Positions 37,170 to 46,360 of a DNA stretch of 64,000 bases are shown one piece after another. Source of the DNA: Acutalibacteraceae bacterium (lineage in GTDB: Bacteria > Bacillota > Clostridia > Oscillospirales > Acutalibacteraceae); contig JAZQSX010000062.1 in NCBI GenBank assembly GCA_045630285.1, forward strand, positions 29,176-93,175. The letters run 5' to 3'. The notes under the pieces are model-generated. The model ran no database searches. It worked only from the letters and a program-made list of their open reading frames with translations, and was not told the DNA's origin. Both the position numbers and the translations under genes were made by a program. Within the stretch, counting starts at the first letter, position 1. Every line of letters starts with the position of its first letter.

Positions 37170-39043
37170 GCTTGCTCCTCCCCTCTGCTGCTGAGCCACA
37201 CGATAAGAACCGACACATCCGCCGGGCTGACACCGCTGATGCGGGACGCTTGCCCAATGCTCCGCGGGCGGATCTTTCCCAATTTTTCCTGCGCTTCGAG
37301 GCGCAAACCGGTAATGGCTGTATAATCCAGATCCTGCGGCAGTAAGCGGTTTTCCAACCGCCGCATCTCATCAATATCCGCCTGCTGGCGGCGAACATAT
37401 CCTTCGTATTTGACCTCGACCTCGACCTGCTCGCGCACCAACGGATCCAACATCGGCGCATCTACGCCAAGGGCGGCAAACGTCTCATACGTTACCTGCG
37501 GGCGGCGAAGAAGCTCCTCCAGACGAATTCCCGTCACGATCGGGGTCGTTCCCGCCTCGACAAGCACCGCATTGACCGTCTCCGACGGCGGCAAAATCGT
37601 ATCGTGCAACCGTGCACGCTCCGCCTGCTTTTGCTGTTGGCGATCACAAAACCGTGCCCAGCGACCGTCGTCCACCAAACCGACCTCGCGACCAATAGGT
37701 GTCAATCGCTCGTCGGCATTATCCTGCCGCAGTACCAAACGGTATTCCGAGCGAGAGGTCATCATACGATACGGGTCGGAGCAGCCCTTGGTCACCAGAT
37801 CGTCGATCAGCGTGCCGATATATCCCGAGGCACGGTCCAAAATCATCGGCTCCTTGCCCTGCACACGCCGAACGGCGTTAATGCCCGCCACTAAGCCTTG
37901 TGCGGCAGCCTCCTCGTAACCGGAGCTTCCGTTAAACTGACCGGCACCGTATACGCCCGACAACGTCTTACATTCCAGGCTCGCATCCAGCTCGGTGGGG
38001 TCGCAGCAATCGTATTCAATTGCATAGGCGGGTCGCATTACACTGACATTTTCCAGACCGGGAATGGTGTGCAAAAACTGCAACTGCACATCCACCGGCA
38101 GCGACGACGACAGCCCCTGCAGGTACATTTCATCGGTATTCAGACCACACGGCTCGATAAATACCTGATGCCGTTCTTTTTCGGCAAACCGCACGATCTT
38201 ATCCTCAATACTAGGGCAATACCGTGGCCCAACGCCGTGAATTTTTCCACCGTAAAGCGGTGAGCGGTGAAGATTTTCCAAAATCACACGCTTGGTTTCT
38301 GGCGTAGTCCACGTAATGTGACAATCCACCTGATTTTCGAGAACGCCGCCCGTCTCAAACGAGAACGGCACCACCGGCTCATCGCCGGGCTGTGGCTCGG
38401 TTTTGGTAAAATCAATGCTGGAGCGCAGCACCCGTGCGGGGGTGCCCGTTTTGAAACGGCGCAGCGTCATACCCAGCTTCACAAGCGATTCCGTGAGACC
38501 AGATGCGGGAAACAGTCCGTCGGGTCCACCGTCGTAGGAGACGTCACCGATAAAAATGCGACCTTGAAGATATGTTCCCGTCGCCAAAATTACGGTGTCG
38601 GTGAGATATTGCTCCTCCAATTGCGTGGTCAGCAGCCACCGACCGTCCTGCGGCTCCATCGCAACGATCTCCGCCTGACGCACGTCCAGCCCCTCTTGCT
38701 TTTCGAGACAATGCTTCATGTAGGCGCCGTACGCACGGCGATCAATCTGCGCACGCAACGAATGCACCGCCGGGCCCTTCCCTCGGTTCAGCATTCTCGA
38801 TTGCAGGAAGGTCGCATCCGCCGCCTTTCCCATTTCACCGCCGAGTGCATCGATCTCACGCACCAAATGTCCCTTGGCTGTGCCACCGATCGACGGATTA
38901 CAGGGCATGTTGCCGACCGCATCCAAATTAATGGTGAATATGACGGTAGACGCCCCGAGTCGAGCCGCCGCCAAAGCGGCCTCGATTCCGGCGTGTCCTG
39001 CACCGATAACGGCGACCTGATACTCACCTGCAAGAAATTTCAT
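37166..39043 (-). CDS. mnmG: tRNA uridine 5-carboxymethylaminomethyl modification enzyme
   Basis: 625 aa. FAD motif [12 protein letters not shown]. GidA signatures. Confidence 0.96.
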   Translation of the reverse strand: MKFLAGEYQVAVIGAGHAGIEAALAAARLGASTVIFTINLDAVGNMPCNPSIGGTAKGHLVREIDALGGEMGKAADATFLQSRMLNRGKGPAVHSLRAQIDRRAYGAYMKHCLEKQEGLDVRQAEIVAMEPQDGRWLLTTQLEEQYLTDTVILATGTYLQGRIFIGDVSYDGGPDGLFPASGLTESLVKLGMTLRRFKTGTPARVLRSSIDFTKTEPQPGDEPVVPFSFETGGVLENQVDCHITWTTPETKRVILENLHRSPLYGGKIHGVGPRYCPSIEDKIVRFAEKERHQVFIEPCGLNTDEMYLQGLSSSLPVDVQLQFLHTIPGLENVSVMRPAYAIEYDCCDPTELDASLECKTLSGVYGAGQFNGSSGYEEAAAQGLVAGINAVRRVQGKEPMILDRASGYIGTLIDDLVTKGCSDPYRMMTSRSEYRLVLRQDNADERLTPIGREVGLVDDGRWARFCDRQQQKQAERARLHDTILPPSETVNAVLVEAGTTPIVTGIRLEELLRRPQVTYETFAALGVDAPMLDPLVREQVEVEVKYEGYVRRQQADIDEMRRLENRLLPQDLDYTAITGLRLEAQEKLGKIRPRSIGQASRISGVSPADVSVLIVWLSSRGEEQA

Positions 39044-39127
39044 ACACCAATTCGTCCTTTATCTGGGATATACGCCTATTATACAGCGTCTTTCTCTTAG
39101 TCGCAACCGATTTTTGCAAAAAGTGTG

Positions 39128-39253
39128 TTTTCCACAGTTTCTACTGTTGAATTGTGAAAAACTCGGTGGAAAACTTGGAAAGCCACACCCCTGTACCCGT
39201 TTTTTGTATAGATTGATTCACAGTTTCCACGAACTTTTTCACAATCCGTCTAA
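39128..39253. promoter_or_regulatory. DnaA-box cluster in the divergent mnmG/rsmA intergenic region
   Basis: TTTTCCACA 39128-39136, TGTGAAAAA 39153-39161, GGTGGAAAA 39165-39173, GTTTCCACG about 39233-39241, TTTTTCACA 39245-39253. Confidence 0.65.
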
Positions 39254-39335
39254 TTTTTATCACAAACAGTAAGGGTTGCAGTTCAGAAAAATTCGTGATA
39301 TAATACCTACATTCCAACACAAAGGAGGGTGCGCT

Positions 39336-40193
39336 GTGCGGCTGACGGACATTTCGGTCATTCGGGATGTAATGACCCGTCACGGGTTCTCGTTTTCCAA
39401 ATCGCTGGGACAAAATTTTTTGATCAATCCCTCAGTCTGCCCCCGTATGGCGGACTCCTGCCACCCCGGATTACCCGATGGCTCGTTTGCTGTGCTGGAG
39501 ATCGGCCCGGGTGTGGGTGTCTTGACCAAGGAGCTCTCCCGTGTGGCGGCAAAAGTCATCACCGTAGAGCTGGATCGGCGCTTGTTCCCCGTGCTGGAGG
39601 AAACGCTGGCGGATTGTGATAACGTCACCGTTGTCCCGGGGGATATTTTGAAATTAGACGTGCCGGCACTGCTAGCCGAGCACGCTGCGGGATTGCCCGT
39701 CGTCGTGTGTGCTAATCTGCCGTACTACATTACCTCCCCCATTCTTATGGGGCTTCTGGAAAGCCGTCTGCCGTTCCGCTGCATCACGGTGTTGGTACAA
39801 AAGGAAGCGGCAGAGCGCTTGTGCGCCACCCCCGGTACACGGGAGTGCGGTGCCGTGACGCTGGCGGTGCAATACTATGCCGGTGCTGAGATTTTGTTTC
39901 AAGTCTCCCGTGGCAGCTTTATGCCGGCGCCTAAGGTCGATAGCAGTGTCATCCGCTTACCGCTTCGCACCGAGCCGCCGTGTGACGTGAAAAATGAAGC
40001 GTTGTTATTCCGCTTGATCCGAGCGGCGTTTGGTCAGCGGCGCAAAACCTTGCCAAATTCACTGTCCTCCGCCGGGTTTGACAAAGCCACTCTAAATGCG
40101 GCGCTCGCTGCGGTAGGTCTCTCCCCCACTGCCCGTGCTGAGGAGTTGACGTTGGAGCAATTTGCCGCCCTTGCCACCGCACTCGACACATGA
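39336..40193 (+). CDS. rsmA: 16S rRNA (adenine1518/1519-N6)-dimethyltransferase
   Basis: GTG 39336 lies 8 nt after AAAGGAGG. SLGQNFL, LEIGPGVG and NLPYYITS motifs. Confidence 0.92.
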   Translation: MRLTDISVIRDVMTRHGFSFSKSLGQNFLINPSVCPRMADSCHPGLPDGSFAVLEIGPGVGVLTKELSRVAAKVITVELDRRLFPVLEETLADCDNVTVVPGDILKLDVPALLAEHAAGLPVVVCANLPYYITSPILMGLLESRLPFRCITVLVQKEAAERLCATPGTRECGAVTLAVQYYAGAEILFQVSRGSFMPAPKVDSSVIRLPLRTEPPCDVKNEALLFRLIRAAFGQRRKTLPNSLSSAGFDKATLNAALAAVGLSPTARAEELTLEQFAALATALDT

Positions 40194-40195
40194 AG

Positions 40196-40236
40196 AAAAC
40201 CGCCGAAGTCATCTGACTTCGGCGGTTGTTTTTTTA
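40196..40236. terminator. bidirectional rho-independent terminator
   Basis: AACCGCCGAAGTCA/TGACTTCGGCGGTT stem followed by GTTTTTTT. Lies between convergent rsmA and jag. Confidence 0.85.
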
Positions 40237-41103
40237 CAGATCAATGCGACCGTAGAGGGTCGCCGTGTTTTCGGTTTCGGACTTCGTACGCTCCGGGGGT
40301 GCATAATCCTCCGCAATGTTCACCGGGTTGGTACGGGACACGAACTTGCGCACCTCACGCACCGGACGCTCCGGCATCACGTCGGAACGATGCTCACCAC
40401 GGTTCGGACGACCGCCGTCACGGCGCTCACCACGCTGACGCTGCGAACGGTTGGAGCGGCTCTTCACCGGATTATCCTCCGACGGAGCAATCACCACATG
40501 ACGGTTCGGATCACTGCCGACGCTGTACGACGTGGCACCCTCCACCTTTTGCACGGCAGTGTGGATAATGCGACGCTCATAGGGGTTCATCGGCTCCAGC
40601 GAGGTGCTTCTGCCACTTTTTGCCGCCTGGATCGCCGCTTTGCGTGCCAAACCCGACAAGGTCTTCTCACGCTTCTCACGGTAGTTACCGATATTGATAG
40701 AAATACGCTTGTAGGCACCATCGGCACGGTTGGCGACCAAGCTGGTCAGATACTGCAATGCATCCAACGTATCGCCGCGGCGACCGATAATAAAGCCGAG
40801 GTTTTCGCCCTCCAGCGACAGGGTGCAATGGCCGTCCTCTTCCTTGGCGGTCACGGTAACCTCCGGCACACCCATTTTAGCGAGAACGTCCTTCAAAAAA
40901 GCCACCGCAGCTTCCGCTGCATCCTTTTCAGGAAGGGTGGCACGGATCTTGGCGCAGGTTCCACCAAACAGACCCAACGTTTTCTTTTGCGGCTCTTGCA
41001 GCACCTCGATGACGAGCTCATCGGCGGAAACCTGCAACTCCTCAGCGGCAAGCTCGATCGCCTTTTCGACCGATTCCGCCTCTTTAATCAGTTCTTTCTG
41101 CAC
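40234..41103 (-). CDS. khpB: Jag/KhpB RNA-binding protein (Jag_N, KH, R3H) with Arg-rich C-terminal extension
   Basis: GTG 41103 gives (M)QKELIKEAESVEKAIELAAEEL. R3H motif NPYERRIIH. The track ORF's extra roughly 100 N-terminal aa overlap yidC and are R/K-rich junk. Confidence 0.85.
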   Translation of the reverse strand: MQKELIKEAESVEKAIELAAEELQVSADELVIEVLQEPQKKTLGLFGGTCAKIRATLPEKDAAEAAVAFLKDVLAKMGVPEVTVTAKEEDGHCTLSLEGENLGFIIGRRGDTLDALQYLTSLVANRADGAYKRISINIGNYREKREKTLSGLARKAAIQAAKSGRSTSLEPMNPYERRIIHTAVQKVEGATSYSVGSDPNRHVVIAPSEDNPVKSRSNRSQRQRGERRDGGRPNRGEHRSDVMPERPVREVRKFVSRTNPVNIAEDYAPPERTKSETENTATLYGRIDL

Positions 41104-41128
41104 GTTACGTTTATCCTTTCTCGACGGA

Positions 41129-42292
41129 TCAATCTTCCGTTTTCTCTTCCGTTTCAGCCGCTTCCACAGGTGTTTCCTGCACAGCGGTCTCATCTGCTGC
41201 GGGCTCGGTCGCTTCGTCAACGACAATCTCTTCCGCTTTCGGTGCGGGCTTGGCAGCCTTTTTCTTCTGCGGGGCCTTGTTACCCTCTTCCTTGAGCTGC
41301 AGAGCCAGCTCACGCTGCTCACGGGCACGGGCCTCGGCCAAGCGCTTCTTGTCCTCCTGCTTGCGGCGACGGCGCTCCTCATACTCGATTTCCGCCTGCG
41401 CACGGATCTTACCCGGGTTGTAGATCTGGTTCAGCACATAGGTCTGCAAGATCGCAATGAGGTTGGAGCAGATCCAGTAAACGCCAACAGCGCCGGGCAC
41501 CGAGAAAGCGATGAACAGCGACATGGCGGGCATCAAGATCAGCATCATAAAGGTAGAACAACCCTGACCCTGCTGCTTTTGACCGGCGCTGGCCTGCTTC
41601 TGATAATACATGGACAGCAAGCTGGACAGCAGTGCCGTGATACCTGAAATGATCGGGATGATCCACAGCAAGCCGCCCTCCATATTGGGCTGACCCAACA
41701 AATCAATACCAAAGAGCGTGAAATCCAGCTCTTTCATTTCTTTGATGTATCCCTTAGCATCCGTCTCGGATACACCCTTCTTTTCAAGCGCTGCTTCGAT
41801 CTGCACTTCGTACTTATCGACGTTCTGCAGAATGTGCATTTCACGGTAATAGCTGCCCTCAGCAAAATCCGCCTTATCCAGTTTACCAACCGTCTGAATG
41901 GTGCTTGCCGTCGTGTTGATGACGTCATCCGGCACCGAGGTCATGTTCTTGATCGGGGAATAAATGGCAGAAATAATACCAAACAGCACGATCATCTGCA
42001 CGATCATCGGCAAGCAACCGCCGGTCATGCTGATGCCATGCTTCTGATACAGCTCCATCTGCTTTTCCTGCAGCTTTTTCGGGTCCTTGGCATACTTTTT
42101 CTGCAAGCGCTCCAAACGGGGCGCCAGACGGGCACGGTCTGCCTGGTTCTTCTGCGTCTTGAGCGACAGCGGGAACATCAGCAAACGCACCACGAAGGTG
42201 AACAAAAAGATCGCCAGGAAGTAGTTGCCGACCAAATCAAAGACGAAGCCCAACGCAATACCGAGCGGGCCTCCCAAGAAATCGAATCCCAT
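41129..42292 (-). CDS. yidC: membrane protein insertase YidC/SpoIIIJ with long charged C-terminal tail
   Basis: 387 aa. YidC core (MTGGCLPMIVQM). Conserved slot between yidD/rnpA and jag. Confidence 0.92.
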   Translation of the reverse strand: MGFDFLGGPLGIALGFVFDLVGNYFLAIFLFTFVVRLLMFPLSLKTQKNQADRARLAPRLERLQKKYAKDPKKLQEKQMELYQKHGISMTGGCLPMIVQMIVLFGIISAIYSPIKNMTSVPDDVINTTASTIQTVGKLDKADFAEGSYYREMHILQNVDKYEVQIEAALEKKGVSETDAKGYIKEMKELDFTLFGIDLLGQPNMEGGLLWIIPIISGITALLSSLLSMYYQKQASAGQKQQGQGCSTFMMLILMPAMSLFIAFSVPGAVGVYWICSNLIAILQTYVLNQIYNPGKIRAQAEIEYEERRRRKQEDKKRLAEARAREQRELALQLKEEGNKAPQKKKAAKPAPKAEEIVVDEATEPAADETAVQETPVEAAETEEKTED

Positions 42293-42311
42293 AAGTACCT
42301 CCTAAACAGGT

Positions 42312-42545
42312 TTATTTTTTGCCCCGTTCCTTCTTTTCGGGAACGGGATCATACCCATGCCCACCCCAAGGGTGACAGCGGCATACACGTCGAATCGCCA
42401 GCCAAAGACCCTTGCAAGCTCCAAACCGCTCAATTGCCTGGATCGCATAGGAGGAACAAGTGGGAACGAACCGGCAGGCCGGCGGTTTATTTGGAGAGAT
42501 GAATTTTTGGTAACCGCGGATCATCCAGATAAATACCCGCTTCAT
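42312..42545 (-). CDS. yidD: membrane protein insertion efficiency factor
   Basis: 77 aa starting at [29 protein letters not shown] motif. The start overlaps the rnpA stop (ATGA). Confidence 0.9.
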   Translation of the reverse strand: MKRVFIWMIRGYQKFISPNKPPACRFVPTCSSYAIQAIERFGACKGLWLAIRRVCRCHPWGGHGYDPVPEKKERGKK

Positions 42546-42883
42546 GGCAGCAACCCCGCTTTTTTCAGCTGTTGCTGCATCACCGCATACAATGCGGTGC
42601 TCGTTGTGCCGACGGTGGCGGCACGTGCGACAAAAACCAGATCCCATCCCCCATGCAATTGCGGGTGGATCCGGCGGTAGGCTTCCCGTATGATGCGGCG
42701 ACAACGGTTGCGCTGCACCGCCTTGCCCACTTTCTTACCCGTGGTAATGCCGAGTCTCGGCTTTCCCTCTTTGGTTTTGCGGACATACAGGATCAGCAAC
42801 GGATGAACAAACACCTTTCCGTGGTAATACGCCGTACGGAAATCTTTGTTCTGCTTCAGTGTGCATAATGTCGTCATACGCAA
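42542..42883 (-). CDS. rnpA: ribonuclease P protein component
   Basis: 113 aa, basic. [20 protein letters not shown] (RNR motif). Follows rpmH. Confidence 0.93.
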   Translation of the reverse strand: MRMTTLCTLKQNKDFRTAYYHGKVFVHPLLILYVRKTKEGKPRLGITTGKKVGKAVQRNRCRRIIREAYRRIHPQLHGGWDLVFVARAATVGTTSTALYAVMQQQLKKAGLLP

Positions 42884-42924
42884 TTCTCCCGACTATAAAA
42901 AAGAGCCACACGAGGTGGCCTTTT

Positions 42925-43059
42925 TTAATAGGTGAGATGTTTTCTACCTTTCGCTCTGCGGCGAGCCAGCACCTTACGGCCATTGGCAGTTGCCATTCTC
43001 TTACGGAAGCCGTGCTCCATTTTACGATGTCTCTTCTTGGGCTGATATGTACGGAACAT
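42925..43059 (-). CDS. rpmH: 50S ribosomal protein L34
   Basis: 44 aa: [44 protein letters not shown]. Confidence 0.97.
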   Translation of the reverse strand: MFRTYQPKKRHRKMEHGFRKRMATANGRKVLARRRAKGRKHLTY

Positions 43060-43110
43060 GGAATTACCCCCTTTCGCCCTCTTGCGAGATTTTATTATAT
43101 AACAGACCAC

Positions 43111-43384
43111 CCATAAAAGTCAACAAGAATTTGCGGTTTTTTATTTTCCTGCTGTTTCGCCCTTGTTTTTTTCTATTCTCTTTTCGCTTTTAACGGGGTG
43201 TTTTTCATCTTTTCCCCGCTGCGCGACTACTTTTCCACCACGATGAAAAAAGTTGTGAAAAACACGTAAAAAATGATTGTATTTACTTTATTTATATGTT
43301 ATACTAATGTATAAGTATTTATATATCCTCTATTATATATTATATATACGGGACGTTTTGTGTTTTTGAAGGAGTTTGAAGCGT
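43111..43384. other. oriC left part (rpmH-dnaA spacer): few DnaA boxes, polypyrimidine tract, roughly 80-nt AT-rich block, dnaA promoter
   Basis: TTTTCCACC 43231-43239 and TGTGAAAAA 43254-43262. The stretch 43265-43350 is almost pure A/T. Candidate promoter TTGTAT-17-TGtTATACT at about 43278-43306. Confidence 0.75.
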
Positions 43385-44716
43385 ATGGAAAGTATCAAAG
43401 AAGCCTGGTCCGGTATTTTGGAATATCTGCGCCGGCAGGAAGATATCAGCGAAGTCGCTTATAATATGTGGATCACCTGTATTGAGCCGTGTACGATCGA
43501 GGATAATGCGGTCGTTGTCCTGGTACATACCAATTTCCAGCGTGGTATTATCCTTAGCCAATATGCGGACAAGATCAAAAATGCGTTTCAGCAGGTGCTT
43601 GGTATTCCGTTTGAATTGAAAGTATTATCCGAGGAGTCGCAGGCGGCACCCGAGGCGGTGGAGCTTCCGAAGGCGGAAAATATTTTTGGGCAGCGCCCGT
43701 CGGATTACGAGTATTCGTTTGAAAACTTCGTCGTCGGTCCGTCTAATAAGTTTGCCCATGCGGCGTCCCAGGCGGTGGCGCTCAAGCCCGCCGGTTCGTA
43801 CAACCCGTTGTTCATCTACGGTGGCTCCGGCCTTGGTAAAACACACTTGTTGTTTGCTATCTGCAACGAAATCCGCAAAAAAGCACCGGACATCCGCATT
43901 TTGTACACCAAGGGCGAGTTTATGACCAACGAGCTCATCGAGGCGCTGCGCAACAGTGCCACCACCGAGTTCCGTGCAAAATATCGCCAGGTGGACATTC
44001 TGCTGATCGACGATATTCAGTTTATTGCCGGTAAGTTGGGTATTCAGGAGGAATTCTTCCACACGTTTGACGCTCTGCATCAGGCAAACAAGCAGATCGT
44101 ACTGACCTCCGACCGACCGCCCCGTGAAATTGCCACGTTGGAGGAACGTCTCCGCACCCGCTTTGAAATGGGTCTGCTGGCAGACATCCAGCCACCGGAT
44201 ATGGAAACCCGCATCGCCATTATCAAGCGTAAGGCACAATTGCTGGATTTCCACTTGGATGACGATGTGTGTGAGTATATCGCCACCCAGCTGAAGAGTA
44301 ACGTCCGTCAGCTGGAGGGTGCCGTCCGCCGTATGCAAGCACAATGCATGCTGGAGGGGCATCACCCCTCCATTATGACGGCACAGGCGGCAATCCGTGA
44401 TATTCGCAATGATAATCAGCCGGTACCGATCACGGTGGAGCGTATCATCAACGAGGTCGCCCGCACTATGTCAGTAACACCGGAGGATATTCGTTCCAAC
44501 AAGCGCTCCGCCACGATTTCATCGGCCCGTCAGGTAGCGGAATACGTCGTACGCAACATCACCGGCCTGCCGATGAAGAATATCGGTGAGGAGTTTGGTG
44601 GCCGTGATCATACCAGTGTGGTGTACGCCATTCAGAAGGTAGAGGAGACCATGGCTGAGAATCCGAGTTTCAAAGGCTTGGTCAACGATATTATTAAAAA
44701 CATTTCCGACTCGTGA
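43385..44716 (+). CDS. dnaA: chromosomal replication initiator protein DnaA
   Basis: MESIKEAW start after GAAGGAG. Walker A GGSGLGKTHL. C-terminal DNA-binding domain (HTSVVYAIQKVEE). Confidence 0.97.
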   Translation: MESIKEAWSGILEYLRRQEDISEVAYNMWITCIEPCTIEDNAVVVLVHTNFQRGIILSQYADKIKNAFQQVLGIPFELKVLSEESQAAPEAVELPKAENIFGQRPSDYEYSFENFVVGPSNKFAHAASQAVALKPAGSYNPLFIYGGSGLGKTHLLFAICNEIRKKAPDIRILYTKGEFMTNELIEALRNSATTEFRAKYRQVDILLIDDIQFIAGKLGIQEEFFHTFDALHQANKQIVLTSDRPPREIATLEERLRTRFEMGLLADIQPPDMETRIAIIKRKAQLLDFHLDDDVCEYIATQLKSNVRQLEGAVRRMQAQCMLEGHHPSIMTAQAAIRDIRNDNQPVPITVERIINEVARTMSVTPEDIRSNKRSATISSARQVAEYVVRNITGLPMKNIGEEFGGRDHTSVVYAIQKVEETMAENPSFKGLVNDIIKNISDS

Positions 44717-45000
44717 TGTGAAAAACTTAGTGAATTGTCGGTGAGTTGGCAGGGGAAACACCGTGAAAAAATGTGAAAGGATTTTTTAAGTTTTCCACAA
44801 GTCTTTCACATTCCACTCACCGCTTTTCACGGCGTGTGAACAACCAAATTTGTTTTCACATCTCTCCCAATTTTCTCCCTGGGAATTTCACAGCCTCACA
44901 TTTCCGCAAAGCCGCAACGGGGCAGGAAAAAACCTACTTTTCCACAATTCAACACCCCCTACTACTACTACTAAAATTTTTATTTATTTTTTGCAAAAAA
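44717..45000. other. oriC right part (dnaA-dnaN spacer): dense DnaA-box array, GC clamp, (GAT)x5 trio-like repeat, AT-rich unwinding tract
   Basis: Boxes at 44717, 44762, 44772, 44791, 44802, 44823, 44835, 44852, 44884 and 44938 (TTTTCCACA / TGTGAAAAA variants). CCCCCT precedes CTACTACTACTACTA (44959-44973), followed by AAAATTTTTATTTATTTTTTGCAAAAAA. Confidence 0.88.
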
Positions 45001-45038
45001 GCACTGTATTGTGTAACGTGAAAGGAAGGATCCTCATG

Positions 45039-46139
45039 CGTATTTACTGTGACCGTCAAGCCTTGGCAGAAGCTGTTAATAATGTGCAGCGTGCTGTCGC
45101 ATCCAAATCGGCCCTCCCGGCATTGGAGGGTATCTTACTGCGTTCCAAAGCGTCTTCTTTGTTCTTGGCAGGCTACGATATGGAGCTCGGCATTACCACG
45201 ACAATTGAAGCTCGTGTGGATGAGCCTGGTGAGATCGTGTTGACCGCCAAGCTGTTCTCGGAAATTCTGCGCCGTTTGCCTTCGGACGAGGTGCTGATTG
45301 AGAGCAACGATAAAAACAATACCGTGATCCGCTCCGGTAACTCCGAATTTACCATTATGGGCTTCTCGTCGGTGGATTATCCTGAATTGCCTACCATCAA
45401 CAACGGTGCGGCGATGACCATTCCTCAAAATATGCTCAAGAGCATGATTCGCCAGACACTGTTTGCTGTTGCCCAAACGGACACCCGTCCGGTACATACC
45501 GGCGTGCAGTTTGAGATCAAGGATCAGACGCTGCGTCTGGTTGCTGTCGACGGCTCCCGTTTGGCTATGCGTTCCGAGCCGATCAAAAGCAACGAGGATC
45601 TGCAGTTTGTAGTACCCGGTAAGACTCTTAACGAGGTGCTGAAGCTGTTGGGTGAGGAAGAGGAGCCGCTGTACATCACTGTCGGCGCCCGCCACATCAT
45701 TATGGAGATCGGCGGTTATTCTGTATTCTCCCGCTTGCTTGACGGCGAGTTTTTACCGTATCGCAAAGCAATTCCGATCAATGCTACCACTAAAATCCGC
45801 TTGAACACCCGTTCGCTGATCGATGCGGTGGACCGTGCCTCGTTGGTGATCAACGATCGCTTAAAGTCTCCGTTGATCTGCCGTTTCAAGGATGACCGCA
45901 TCTCGTTGTCATGTATCACGGCGCTTGGCAGTGCCAACGATACCGTGGATGCAAAGATCGACGGTCGACAGGAAGAAATGGGCTTTAACAGTCGCTTTCT
46001 TCTGGATGCGCTGCGCAATACCGAGAGTGATGAGATCGTCATTGAGCTCAGCGGCACGCAGTCGCCGATGAAGATCCTGCCGTCGGAAGGTGATAACTTT
46101 CTGTTCCTCGTGCTGCCTGTGCGGCTCAAGCGCGTATGA
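45039..46139 (+). CDS. dnaN: DNA polymerase III beta sliding clamp
   Basis: [21 protein letters not shown] start after GGAAGGA. 366 aa. The track ORF's upstream extension lies in oriC. Confidence 0.95.
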   Translation, partial: RIYCDRQALAEAVNNVQRAVASKSALPALEGILLRSKASSLFLAGYDMELGITTTIEARVDEPGEIVLTAKLFSEILRRLPSDEVLIESNDKNNTVIRSGNSEFTIMGFSSVDYPELPTINNGAAMTIPQNMLKSMIRQTLFAVAQTDTRPVHTGVQFEIKDQTLRLVAVDGSRLAMRSEPIKSNEDLQFVVPGKTLNEVLKLLGEEEEPLYITVGARHIIMEIGGYSVFSRLLDGEFLPYRKAIPINATTKIRLNTRSLIDAVDRASLVINDRLKSPLICRFKDDRISLSCITALGSANDTVDAKIDGRQEEMGFNSRFLLDALRNTESDEIVIELSGTQSPMKILPSEGDNFLFLVLPVRLKRV

Positions 46140-46345
46140 AGCAGGTAATACATACCGAGTTCATCCGACTGGATACCCTGATGAAGCTGGCAAGCTTGAC
46201 TCCAACCGGGGGACAGGCTAAGGAAAAGATCCAGGCCGGTCAGGTATTCGTTAACGGGGAATGCTGCACACAGCGCGGCAAAAAATTACGTCCCGGTGAT
46301 TGCGTGACACTGGCAGATGAAACCGTTGAAATTGTCGGAGAATAA
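46136..46345 (+). CDS. yaaA: S4-domain RNA-binding protein YaaA-like
   Basis: 69 aa. Overlaps the dnaN stop (ATGA). Conserved slot between dnaN and recF. Confidence 0.85.
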   Translation: MKQVIHTEFIRLDTLMKLASLTPTGGQAKEKIQAGQVFVNGECCTQRGKKLRPGDCVTLADETVEIVGE

Positions 46346-46360
46346 GGAAGGAACCACGCA

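Noticed and set aside
40162-41647. 377-aa and 305-aa plus-strand ORFs, and the 100-aa N-terminal extension of the jag ORF (41104-41403)
   Set aside because: They are antisense to, or out of frame with, jag and yidC. The jag extension overlaps the yidC 3' end and is pure R/K/S/P. A GTG with an RBS at 41103 gives the canonical Jag N-terminus.
43340-43561. 73-aa minus-strand ORF in the oriC/dnaA start region
   Set aside because: It overlaps the dnaA 5' end antisense and starts in the AT-rich block. It has no RBS.
44959-44973. (CTA)5 as a plain slippage microsatellite
   Set aside because: A plain microsatellite is possible. However, its position between the last DnaA box plus GC clamp and the AT tract fits a DnaA-trio element, so it is kept as a finding and not dismissed.
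44850-45038. 63-codon upstream extension of dnaN in the ORF track
   Set aside because: The extension lies in the DnaA-box/DUE region. The canonical MRIYCDRQ start with an RBS is at 45039.
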